Shown here: in pieces, positions 9,904 through 19,977 of the stretch
Position numbering within the stretch: position 1 is the first letter of the stretch
Layout: every line of letters begins with the position of its first letter
From: Calditrichia bacterium
GTDB lineage: Bacteria; Calditrichota; Calditrichia; JAJRVZ01
Direction of reading: 5' to 3'
DNA length: 64,000 nucleotides
Assembly (NCBI GenBank): GCA_963796965.1
Contig: CAWCNS010000008.1
Span: forward strand, 1 to 64,000
Translations under genes and position numbers: made by a program
Notes under the pieces: model-generated
Database searches by the model: none
Seen by the model: the letters and a program-made list of their open reading frames with translations, nothing else
Told to the model about the DNA's origin: nothing

Positions 9904-10223
9904 AATATGAAGTATTCATTACCAAAGATGCAGAAGATGATATATTTGCGATTTTCGATTATATTTTTAAGACCGATGGTGAGAATAATGCTAATTATGT
10001 TTTCCAAAAATTAAAAGAAACTTGCCTCAAATTAATTTCGCTCCCAGATCGAGGACACACTCCGCCTGAACTTGAAAGAATTAATGTGTTTAATTATAAA
10101 GAATCTCATTTCAAACCATATAGAATTATATATCAGATTATTGAGAATAAGGTATATATTCATTGTGTATTTGACTGTAGACGTGATGTACAAGAAGTGT
10201 TAGAGAATCGCCTGTTCAGGTAA
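9900..10223 (+). CDS. RelE/ParE-family toxin
   Basis: AEDDIFAIFDYI, PYRIIY and HCVFDCRRD motifs; 4-bp overlap with antitoxin. Confidence 0.9.
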   Translation: MKYEVFITKDAEDDIFAIFDYIFKTDGENNANYVFQKLKETCLKLISLPDRGHTPPELERINVFNYKESHFKPYRIIYQIIENKVYIHCVFDCRRDVQEVLENRLFR

Positions 10224-10229
10224 ATCGGC

Positions 10230-11141
10230 CCCTAACATATATTTGTCCTTAAAAGTCCCGCCAGAGGCGGATCTTCGTTCCCGTAGAACGGGATCTTCGA
10301 CAAGAGAATATAGTATTCCAATACGATGAAATTACATTTTTTCGTTAATTCGTTCTTTAACAAACTTTTCTCGTCAGCCTGGCTTGGATTTCTATAACGG
10401 TTTCACAGACGTAATACCAGTGTCTGCAACCAAACATGTATCGGGATTGAATACTCCAGAAATATTAACGTCAACCTTTGCGGTCCTATTCAAAAGGATG
10501 ATTTCTCGACTGATAGCCGGAATCAGTTAGTTTTGAGGCTCCGTAAGGTGCAGACAATTGGAAAAATTCGTCTTATTTTTAAGACCCGTGCTGCCTGTAC
10601 GCCAGTGGGCGTATCTGTGATCCAATCAATGTGAATCAATTTTATTCCCGATCTTCATCGGGACAGGCTATTTTTGGTTTTTGAACCGTGAATGGCTTTT
10701 CCCGAAGGGATGCCTTCGGCACATATACAAAGCGTGACCTAATATGAAGGGAATATTTTCTTCCTTACAGTAATCGGCGATCCAGTACCAGGTAAAAATA
10801 CATTCAACAGTGACGGCAATGTCGGGTAAAAAAGGTTCGAGGATTCGCAGTAAAGCATGCGTCGAAGTTGGAATGTTTTTGTGTACGAGAATCTTTCCAG
10901 CTTGATCAAGGATACAGACATACATATTTTTGGTATGTAGGTCGATACCACAGTAATACTGATGTTGACCTGTGTAAAATCACATCTTGTCCTCCTTTGG
11001 CTAAATGGGTGTGACATGAAGATGTGAACCTATTAAATAAAGGACAAGAATAATATCAATGCGCTGTAGTGGGTGCCTAAACACGTAGCATGCGTAATAG
11101 ATTAGGCAAGGCCCGGCGCCACTAAGCGCTCGTCGTTATAC
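10230..11141 (+). other. attC: attC site 7, interrupted by IS1111-type element C right after R''
   Basis: R'' CCCTAAC 10230-10236; resumes AATGC-GCTGTAGT at 11058; L' ACTAAGC; R' GTTATAC 11135-11141. Confidence 0.9.
10238..11056 (-). mobile_element. IS1111-type element C (internally deleted, both ends and NCR retained)
   Basis: IR TTGTCCTT 10243-10250 / AAGGACAA 11040-11047; CA core on both flanks. The tnp pseudogene (10985 to ~10630) reads M*FYTGQHQYYCGIDLH...KAIHGSKTKN..KIDSH. Confidence 0.85.
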
Positions 11142-11346
11142 GCATAATTATTCAATAACTAAATATTAATTATCATTTACAAAATTCAATCAATGGATGG
11201 TAAAATAGCAATAAATATCAAATATTTTATATCATAAAGGCAATGTCGGTCAAGAAAAGTTCGAAAAATATATCTATTATTACTCAAAGATTACTGGTAA
11301 CCAACTATCAAGCATTAAACCATAATTCTTAAATTAAGGAGTAAAT

Positions 11347-11823
11347 ATGGATACTAAAATCGACATCAATCCAATCGGTTTTATCCGATCTAAAAGAGGT
11401 ACATTCAGTATCGAATTAGCAAGCAAATACAATCCTGCTCTGACTAATATTAGTGGATTTAGTCATTTACAAATCTTATGGTGGGGACATCTTTTTGACA
11501 ATACAGAGCAGCGGGACATTCTCATTGGTAATAAACCATATAAAAAGGGGCCAGAAAAAATTGGCATCTTTGCAACGCGATCACCAATGCGTCCCAATCC
11601 TGTACTCATAACCAATATATCTGTTCAGAGTATTGATTATGAGAAAGGCATTATCTATACACCATATATTGATGCTGAAGACGGAACTCCTGTAATTGAT
11701 ATCAAACCATACAATAAAAGTGAAAGAGTAAGAGAATGCTCTGTTCCTGATTGGTGCAGGCATTGGCCTGAATGGAATGAGGATGCAGCGACATTCAATT
11801 GGGAAAATGAATTTAATTTTTAA
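11347..11823 (+). CDS. Second, divergent TsaA/TrmO-like methyltransferase
   Basis: GFSHL, GIFATRSPMRPNP and DGTPVIDIKPY motifs; C-terminal VPDWCRHWP. Confidence 0.85.
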   Translation: MDTKIDINPIGFIRSKRGTFSIELASKYNPALTNISGFSHLQILWWGHLFDNTEQRDILIGNKPYKKGPEKIGIFATRSPMRPNPVLITNISVQSIDYEKGIIYTPYIDAEDGTPVIDIKPYNKSERVRECSVPDWCRHWPEWNEDAATFNWENEFNF

Positions 11824-11892
11824 CCATATTTTCAATTGCTATCCGTCCCCCCTCATAAATTAGGGGGGACATTAATTTCTAGGTTATATCAT

Positions 11893-12768
11893 ATGAGCAA
11901 TAGAATGACCAATAAAGATATAATTTTAAAATCAGTTCGATATATTGAAAAAAATTTGAAGGAGGAATTTGGTGTACTCGACATGGCGAATTCAGTACAT
12001 TATTCCTTATACCATTTTATACGCCTGTTTCAAAGTGTCACTGGTTACTCTCCCAAAACATATTTACAACAGCGCCGGCTGAGTGAAGCGTTAAAAGATT
12101 TGAAAAGTTCAGATAAAAAGATCATCGAAATTGCTTTTGACTATCAGTTTAACAGTCATGAAGCTTTTTCCCGAGCCTTTAAGAAACAATTTGGTATTAA
12201 TCCAAAACAAATCAAGGATGGCCTTTCGCATTCCAATCTGCCAATTGTGAATCCCATAGATGATGATTATCTATACCAATCAGAGAAGGTAAGAAATGAA
12301 CTGCCTCAAGTAATCGAATTACCCCAGATAATTTTATCAGGAATTTCATTTTTTTTAAGTGATGATTCCAAAATAACCGATCTATCTAAAGAATGGGGAC
12401 AGTTTACCCAGGAAGTACACACCATTAAAAACCGTTTACAGCCGGAACGGTTTTACCAGGTTCAGTACTGGTCAGAAGAACAAGAATTAGGCGGGCTGTA
12501 TTTTTTTATTGGTGTTGAAGTGAGCAATATAAATGAAGTTCAGCCACAGTTTGTTGTTAAAATAATACCAAATGCCCGCTATCTTTGTTTTATTCATAAA
12601 GGACTAGCTAATAAAGTAGGTTATACATATAAGTATATTTATAACCAGTTTTTACCGGGAACCGATTATAAATTAACCAAGCCTTTCAATTTTGAATATT
12701 ATGGAAAAAAATGTTTGGGTCCTAATAATCCTGAATCTGAAAGTGAAATATACATTCCTATCGAATAG
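11893..12768 (+). CDS. AraC-family regulator with GyrI-like effector domain
   Basis: N-terminal AraC HTH (IAFDYQFNSHEAFSRAFKKQFG); C-terminal EIYIPI GyrI-like domain; exact start uncertain. Confidence 0.9.
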   Translation: MSNRMTNKDIILKSVRYIEKNLKEEFGVLDMANSVHYSLYHFIRLFQSVTGYSPKTYLQQRRLSEALKDLKSSDKKIIEIAFDYQFNSHEAFSRAFKKQFGINPKQIKDGLSHSNLPIVNPIDDDYLYQSEKVRNELPQVIELPQIILSGISFFLSDDSKITDLSKEWGQFTQEVHTIKNRLQPERFYQVQYWSEEQELGGLYFFIGVEVSNINEVQPQFVVKIIPNARYLCFIHKGLANKVGYTYKYIYNQFLPGTDYKLTKPFNFEYYGKKCLGPNNPESESEIYIPIE

Positions 12769-12988
12769 AATTATCATTCCAATAATTTTTTGTTTTTGGT
12801 GCTATCTATAATAGATGTATTTTTCATCGCTTTATTTTACGAAGATGAATCTGAAAAGGATAAGTCGCCCTGATGTAAAAAAATATTGACTATCCACCTA
12901 TTTTCATAAAAATGAAATTTATTATGGTTATTAATAATTATTCTAATTAATATTATTTAACAACAACCTTCAAAATTATTGGAGTTGC

Positions 12989-13123
12989 GTATAACAAAGG
13001 CAATGCAATCGGAACTAAAACACAGTTTGGGTTTTGTTGTTTTATCAAACCGGCCGGGTGCATTAGCTACAAGAACAAAGTGCTTGCCGCAGGCTTTTAG
13101 TCCACTGATCGCGGACACTAGCT
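12989..13123 (+). other. attC: attC site 8, degenerate (R' GTT mutated to ACT)
   Basis: TGCGTATAAC pairs with upstream GTTATACGCA; GGAACTAAAA/TTTTAGTCC stem; ends GGAC-ACTAGCT. Confidence 0.7.
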
Positions 13124-13135
13124 GTGCAACCACTA

Positions 13136-13408
13136 TTATAATAGAAACAGTTTCCACCGTTCATTTTTAATATCTTCTTTTGCATTTTCGATTATATGAG
13201 TAAAGTTTTCAATCTTGTGTAAAGATGAGTTTGCATCATCAAGTTGCTGGGCAAACCAGACGGAAAAATCTTTTGATAAATCTAATTTATATCCTACTGT
13301 CTTAGCTCTTTTTTGAAGATTCCTATAATTTGAGTATAATTCCTCCGAAAGATAGAAAGTGATTTTCATATTTTTCTTATCTAATGATCGTATTGGTTTT
13401 AATTCCAT
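13136..13408 (-). CDS. Small hypothetical protein, possibly ribbon-helix-helix DNA-binding
   Basis: 90 aa; KITFYLSEELY strand-helix pattern; GGAGAG upstream. Confidence 0.45.
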   Translation of the reverse strand: MELKPIRSLDKKNMKITFYLSEELYSNYRNLQKRAKTVGYKLDLSKDFSVWFAQQLDDANSSLHKIENFTHIIENAKEDIKNERWKLFLL

Positions 13409-13489
13409 ACTCTCTCCCGAAGATTTATTCTCGGGATGGAAATAGCTGGAGAAATTGAAGCAGTGGGTAAGAATGTATCGCGATTTAAA

Positions 13490-16400
13490 ATGATTTCGAG
13501 CGTCCTAAGATATATTTTGGGAATCACTATTTCTGTGGTAGCCCTCCATGCCTCTCTTATGGCCCAGGCTATTGATTATAACATCACAACAGATACCAAG
13601 GTGGATTATGACCATTTGAGATCAGGCTTTTGTAATATCCCTGAGGAAAGCAAGCTGCGATGTTTCTGGTTCTGGCAATATGGCGTCGCGACGAAAGAAT
13701 CCATTACCCAGGATCTTGAATCCATGAAGGCCAAAGGCTATGGCGGCGCACTCATTGGTGATAACGGGGGACCTGAGGGCCAGGTTGGGCCTGTGTTCAT
13801 GGGCCAGGAATGGAAGGATAATTTTGCCCATGCGGTAAAGGAAGCCGATCGGCTGGGGCTGGAGTTGAGCCTAAATATCCAAAGCGGCTGGGGCGATCCG
13901 GGAAATCCGAACATTCAACCCGACAACGGGATGAAGAAGATCGTTTCCTCTGAAATCCATATCATCGGCCCGAAGAACCTGCGGCAGGAATTGCCGAAAC
14001 CCAAATCCCAGATTTATTACCAGGACATCGCCGTGCAAGCATTCAAGCGCGTTGACGCCAAAGCGGATTCAAGCAGGCGCACACTTGTCAACTGGACTAA
14101 TAAAACATTTATCGAACAGAGCGGACTGCCTCAGATTCGTAGAATTTTGCAAAACAGCGATGATGATGTGGTGATCGACCCGGATAACATCAGGGACCTA
14201 ACCGGGAATTTCTCTGATGGGATTCTCACGTGGGACGTTCCTGAGGGCGAATGGACGATTGTCCGATATGGAATGACCGCCACCGGCAAACGAAATATGT
14301 ATGCCGCTCCCGGTTACATGGGCGGTCTCTGCTACGATCAAATCCATGCCAATGGCGTCAAGGCGCAATGGAAGGACGTGGCACAACCCCTGATTGATAT
14401 CGCCAAAAAGAGTGGCAACAGCCTGAAATACATCCACACTGACAGCTGGGAAATGAAACTGACTAACTGGACACATGATTTCAGAAAGACCTTCAAGCGG
14501 CTTCGCGGGTACGATATGTCCCCCTACCTGCCCGTGCTGGCAAACAAGATCGTCGGAAGCCGCGAACTCTCGAACCGATTTCTTGAGGATTTTCGCCTGA
14601 CCATCTCTGACCTGGTGGCCGACGAAAACTATCGTGTGCTCAGAGGCCTGGCGCATGCCAACGGATTGCTTTTTCACTCGGAGTCCGGCGGCCCTCATCG
14701 GGCACCTCTCGAGGCATTGCAGACGCTAGGGAGGAACGACGTTCCCATGAGCGAGTTCTGGGCAAGAGTCAATACCCATCGGGTTTCCGAGGCACGGCGT
14801 ATCCATGTCAAGCAGGGATCCAGTGCCGCCCACATTTACGGAAAGCGTTACCTGGCCGCCGAAGGCCCTACCTCTATTGGCCCCCACTGGGAACGGGCGC
14901 CGCGTGAACTGAAGGGCAATCTCGATAAGATATTCTGCATCGGAGTCAACCGCCTGTTCTGGCACACCTACACTAGCGCGCCCGACGAACATGGGATCCC
15001 TGGCTTCGAGTATTTTGCCGGCACGCATATGAACCGGCATGTCACCTGGTGGGATCAGTGCGACACTTTTGTCAAGTACCTTAACCGCTGTCAGCACATG
15101 CTTTCTCAGGGGCTCTATAGCGCCGACGTTCTTTCCTACTATGGCAGTGCCTCGCCCAATTTCGTCTATCTCGAAAGCGATATCAATGTAATGCAGGGGT
15201 ATGCCTGGGACATGTGCAATACTGAAGTTCTGCTTTCGCGCGCGACAGCCAGGAATGGGCGGATCTATCTGCCTGACGGCATGAACTACGCTTTGCTCTA
15301 TCTGAAGCCCGACATTGATTTCATAGCGCTGCCGGTGCTCAAAAAGATAGAGCAGATGGTCAACGATGGCATCGTCCTGGTGGGCGATCCCCCGCAAAGG
15401 GCCGCCGGTCTTACCGGGTATCCAGAGTCCGACAAGGAAGTTCAAAGGATTGCAAAACAGGCTCTGGGGCAAAATTGACAGAAAGAATGTTTTCATGAAC
15501 AACTATGGCACAGGCCGGGTCTATGCGGGCAAGACGATTACCGAAGTACTCAGACTCGAGGCGATCGAGCCGGACTTTTCCTATACGGCCGGAAAGGCAG
15601 TGGACTTGAGCTACATCCACCGCTCCGCCGATGATCTGGATATCTACTACGTGGTCAACAAGTGGGCATACGACGACATAAGTGATTTGAAATACCGCTA
15701 TCGATCTGACCTGCCGGATCACTACGTCCAGGCCGTCTGCTCCTTTCGCGTGGACACAGAAAGGCAAATCGAACGCTTTGATCCCGTAACGGGAGAGATC
15801 ACACCTGTACTCGTTTACAAGCGCGCAGGCGGCCGCTATGAAGTGCCGGTTTCGCTGGCGCCGGAAGGATCGGCGTTTTTTGTCTTTAGGAAGGGCCTGG
15901 AGCGCAGACACGTGACACGGATCACGAAGGACGGAAAAGCCCTTGCCGAGGGCAATGCCCCGCTGCAGTTGAACGCCTCGGGAATCTTTGTGGGCGCTGG
16001 AGGTTCAGAAGTCACGCGAAAGGGGGCGTATGAGCTTGCCTGGTCCGGCGACAAAACGGAAAATCTGGACAGCACCACATTGCCGGCTGAGCATACCATT
16101 GAGGGTCACTGGAAGATCACCTTCATGGAGAGGCCGTCGCTCGGCGAAACCATCACTACCGAAACGGATGTGTTGAAATCGTGGACCGAATTTTCGCAAC
16201 GCGAGATCCAGTATTTCTCCGGTACCGCCAGGTACGCAAGGGACTTCAATGCTCCTGACGTTGAGTTAAAAAACAAACGGGCTTACCTTGATTTGGGCAA
16301 CATACAGGATATCGTGACAGTGCGTCTGAATGGCAAGGTAGTAGATACCTGCTGGATCGCGCCGTTCCGCGTGGAGGTTACCGATTATCTTGTAAAGGGC

Positions 16401-16643
16401 CAAAATACGCTTGAACTGGATGTTACCAATTGCTGGGTCAACCGATTGATCGGTGACGGCAAACTTCCGAAAGATCAGAGGAGAACCCGGTCGAATGTTG
16501 CCAGTAAATTCCAAAATCCCGAATCCAAAAAACTGCTCAGGGTGTCTGGCTTGCTTGGCCCTGTTAGACTGCAGTTTGCTGAAATTCACTTGATAGCAAC
16601 TAAATATAATGCCGAACCAAAGAATGCACCTGACGAGAAATAG
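13490..16643 (+). CDS. Glycoside hydrolase family 106 (alpha-L-rhamnosidase-like), frameshift near 15470
   Basis: FWFW, TDSWE, MSEFW, AAHIYG, AAEG and SGLLGPV motifs; GC-rich relative to neighbours. Confidence 0.85.
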
Positions 16644-16645
16644 AA

Positions 16646-17203
16646 ATGAACCTTTTACTTATTATCTCGATTATTTGGGTATTATCCGAAATTATTCTCT
16701 CAAGATTACTGAGGGCAAACGATTCTCATAATGATTATGATAAATCCTCCCTCAAAATTTTATGGATTACTATATGTATTTCGATAACCCTGGGCATTAT
16801 TTTCAGAAATTCTACTTTTACACTAACATCGCAATATGTCTCTCTAATTTATCATTCTGGGCTGTTTCTAATTTGCACAGGATTGATTGTCAGATGGATA
16901 GCAATTCTGAAATTAAAAAAGTCATTTACTGTGAATGTATCTGTAACCGAGAATCAAATGATTGTGCAATCAGGTATTTATAAACAGATTCGACATCCAT
17001 CATACTTAGGAAGTTTGTTGTCATTTTCCGGCTTAGCACTTGTATTCAATGACTGGCTCACATTTGCTATAATATTTATCCCTATACTTTTTGCCTTTAT
17101 GTATCGAATTCAAATTGAAGAAAAATTATTAAGTCAGGTATTTGGTGCTCAATATACGGACTACATTGAGAATTCTAAGAAATTGATACCAAAGATTTTT
17201 TAG
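16646..17203 (+). CDS. Isoprenylcysteine carboxyl methyltransferase-family membrane protein
   Basis: GIYKQIRHPSYLG; RIQIEEKLL..FG..Y..Y. Confidence 0.88.
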   Translation: MNLLLIISIIWVLSEIILSRLLRANDSHNDYDKSSLKILWITICISITLGIIFRNSTFTLTSQYVSLIYHSGLFLICTGLIVRWIAILKLKKSFTVNVSVTENQMIVQSGIYKQIRHPSYLGSLLSFSGLALVFNDWLTFAIIFIPILFAFMYRIQIEEKLLSQVFGAQYTDYIENSKKLIPKIF

Positions 17204-17270
17204 ACAAAAAATTAAATCTTTCAATGGCCGCCCAAGGTTTACCATTATTTCGGGAATATAAGGAGAAATC

Positions 17271-17989
17271 ATATTTTACAAGCTTGCGGAGTTGATGGAT
17301 GTCGCGGTGGCTGGTTCTATTTTGAACTTCTTGGTAATACATTTGAATATGGCGTTTGTTCGAATTTTAGTGAGATTTTAAATGCCGTTCCTAAGAGTAA
17401 TAATATATTTGTAGACATTCCGATTGGCCTTCCCAATACAAAAGAACCGATAAGATTATGCGATGTTGAAGCGAGAAAATTGCTTGGCCCGAGACGCTCA
17501 AGTGTATTTCCTGCACCTTTACGGGAGATTCTAAACGAAACAACCTATGAAAAAGCAAATTACAATTCAAAGCATTTAACAGGTAAAGGACTATCAAAAC
17601 AAACCTTTGGAATAATTCCGAAAATTATTGAGGTTGATGAAGTTTTGCAATCAAAGCCAAAGGCGTGGGGTTATGTAAGAGAGGCCCATCCTGAAATCTG
17701 TTTTTTAAGTCTTGCCAATGGGCAGCCAATGAAACACAATAAAAAAACTCAAGAAGGTTTTATCGAAAGAATTGAGATATTGACCAAATACTGGGAGCCA
17801 GCTGAACAAGCAATTGCTCAAGCTTTTCTCTGGTGTAGTAATCTCAAAGTTGCGAGAGATGATGTACTAGATGCCCTGGTTTTGGCGGTTATAGGAACCT
17901 ATTCAAACAATCACCTCAAATCGATACCAGACCAATTTCAATTTGATGAGAATGGTCTTCCAATGGAAATGATATGTTTTAATATTTAG
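17271..17989 (+). CDS. DUF429-family predicted nuclease (start codon damaged)
   Basis: Open frame from 17282 gives GVDGCRGGW, VDIPIGLP, EAHPE and DDVLDA. Confidence 0.8.
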
Positions 17990-18109
17990 AAGAATAAAAT
18001 TTATCAAATTAGTATACCTGGTCTCTCCATTGCAGTTAAAAAGTCATATGAAGGCACACGAGGGCGGTAGGTTTAATACATTAATAATATATTCAAAGGA
18101 GTAATAAAT

Positions 18110-18847
18110 ATGTTTGACTGGCTCTTTAGTGCCGAAGCCTGGTTAGCTCTTGGGACGTTAACGGCTATAGAAATTGTTTTGGGAATAGATAATATAATAT
18201 TTATTTCCATTTTAGTCGGTCGCCTTCCTGAAAAGCAAAGAAATTTTGCCAGGAGTACGGGCCTTATACTTGCCATGGTGACACGGCTTGCACTTCTTTT
18301 TTCAGTTGTATGGGTGGTAAGTTTACAAGATCCCTGGTTCTCAATATTATCGATTGCGATATCTGGTAAAGACATCATTTTAATTGGCGGTGGGCTTTTC
18401 CTAATAGCTAAAGCAACACATGAGATACACGCAAGTTTAGAAGGAAGCAAAGAAGAAACAACTCTCAAAGCAACAATGAACCTTGGCGCTGTACTTTTTC
18501 AAATTTCAGTATTAGATATCGTATTTTCGCTTGACTCTGTAATCACTGCTATTGGTTTGGCCAAGCATATATCAATTATGGCAATCGCTATTATTATCTC
18601 AGTTATGATAATGCTGTTCGCTGCCAGAGCAATTTCAAACTTTGTTGACAATCATCCAACCATAAAAATGTTGGCTCTCTCCTTTTTAATTATGGTTGGT
18701 TTCACCCTGATCGCAGAAGGTTTTGATGTTCACGTACCCAAAGGCTACATTTATTTTTCCATGCTATTCTCACTTTTAGTAGAAATGTTAAATTTGCGGA
18801 TACGTAAGAAACAACTATCTACAGTAGTATTACACAAAAAAATGTGA
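18110..18847 (+). CDS. TerC-family membrane protein
   Basis: EIVLGIDNIIFI; DIVFSLDSVITA. Confidence 0.92.
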   Translation: MFDWLFSAEAWLALGTLTAIEIVLGIDNIIFISILVGRLPEKQRNFARSTGLILAMVTRLALLFSVVWVVSLQDPWFSILSIAISGKDIILIGGGLFLIAKATHEIHASLEGSKEETTLKATMNLGAVLFQISVLDIVFSLDSVITAIGLAKHISIMAIAIIISVMIMLFAARAISNFVDNHPTIKMLALSFLIMVGFTLIAEGFDVHVPKGYIYFSMLFSLLVEMLNLRIRKKQLSTVVLHKKM

Positions 18848-18924
18848 GTCTGCAATCAGCAAGAGGAATAGTTTTTTATTAGCACAGTGATATTTATGTA
18901 AGCCAATATACCAAAGTAAAATCG

Positions 18925-19209
18925 ATGAAAATACTTTTGATATCTATTGGAACACAGGGAGATGTGGAACCTTTTTTAGCAATTGGAGAACAATTGAAGG
19001 AAAAAGGACATCACATAATCTGCGCTTTTCCCAAACAGTTTAGAAATCTTACTGAAGAATTAAATATTGAATTTGCCTCATTGGGGACGAAATTTATCGA
19101 GATGTTAAATAGTGCGGATGGAAGAGCAGCATTAGGAGGAAGTAGTTCAGGATTAAAGAAATTTATAAATCAATTATCGGGAACTAATTTATATTCGAGT
19201 GGTGAATAA
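18925..19209 (+). pseudogene. Glycosyltransferase (GT1/GT28) N-terminal fragment
   Basis: MKILLISIGTQGDVEPFLAIG; only 94 aa, remainder absent. Confidence 0.75.
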
Positions 19210-19233
19210 TAATTCAGGAAGTGAGGTATAAAT

Positions 19234-19656
19234 ATGGAGACGCCAATCTTAACTGACGAAAACCAATTTCCATCCGAATCGATAATTTTTTCTCATATTG
19301 GGCCTTCCAAAAATTTATGGGAATCCATTTTCGGGCACATTCATACAAACCATCCTGACTTTATCGAAGAATGGAGATATTACAAGGATGGAAAAAGCTG
19401 GTTATTGAAAGTCACTAAAAAGTCAAAAACAATATTTTGGCTTACAATTATTAAAAATTCATTTAGAATTACTTTTTATTTTGGTGATAAAGCCGAACCG
19501 GCCATACGGGAAAGTGCCCTTTCAGATGATTTAAAAAATTCATTTCTAAACGGGAAAAGATTTGGCAAAATTCGTGGCATTACAGTAAAAATTAATAGCA
19601 ACAGTGACGTCACTTCTGTTAAAACTTTGATCTTGATTAAACTGAGCATCAAATAA
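19234..19656 (+). CDS. DUF3788-family protein
   Basis: EWRYYKDGKSWLLK..KKSKTIFWL. Confidence 0.75.
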   Translation: METPILTDENQFPSESIIFSHIGPSKNLWESIFGHIHTNHPDFIEEWRYYKDGKSWLLKVTKKSKTIFWLTIIKNSFRITFYFGDKAEPAIRESALSDDLKNSFLNGKRFGKIRGITVKINSNSDVTSVKTLILIKLSIK

Positions 19657-19866
19657 AAGACAAACAGAATTGTGCTTAGCCGGATATTACCTGAATCTTA
19701 ATAATTTCTGATTATAAGCTTTTGAGAAGAAGCTACCCCCTGCTCTCCCCCTAACGTATGTTAGAAGATTGCCTACCGACTGACATATTTATCATTGTGG
19801 TAGTCAAACTCCTCTTTATATACTTCCATACTATTACCCTGCAAATCATATTATGAAACAAATCTA

Positions 19867-19923
19867 TTGACATTGACGTAGGTTTATCTTAGGTTAGTTG
19901 CATTAGTAGTTAACCACCTAACC
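19867..19923 (+). promoter_or_regulatory. Promoter and inverted-repeat operator of GntR/YtrA operon
   Basis: TTGACA 19867-19872; GGTTAGTTG 19892-19900 / CACCTAACC 19915-19923. Confidence 0.55.
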
Positions 19924-19977
19924 AGGTTGGCTCCTATTTCGATTTTTTTTAGTAAGTCACAGCAAGTTAGGAATTAA

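Larger units (their letters stand above)
1..13123 (+). mobile_element. Integron gene-cassette array (8 attC sites; intI/attI not in window)
   Basis: Unrelated + strand genes of differing base composition are each followed by an RYYYAAC...GTTRRRY imperfect palindrome. Each cassette's R'' is complementary to the upstream R' over 10-16 nt. Confidence 0.92.

Noticed and set aside
1..13123. Integron integrase or attI
   Set aside because: No tyrosine recombinase ORF on either strand in the window.
12957..13170. Short ORFs on both strands
   Set aside because: They overlap the degenerate attC8 and are probably spurious.
14198..16589. Long antisense ORFs within the GH106 gene
   Set aside because: Shadow ORFs of a GC-rich coding strand.
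19749..19765. CCCTAAC..GTTAGAA as an attC
   Set aside because: Only 4 nt between the boxes and no L boxes.
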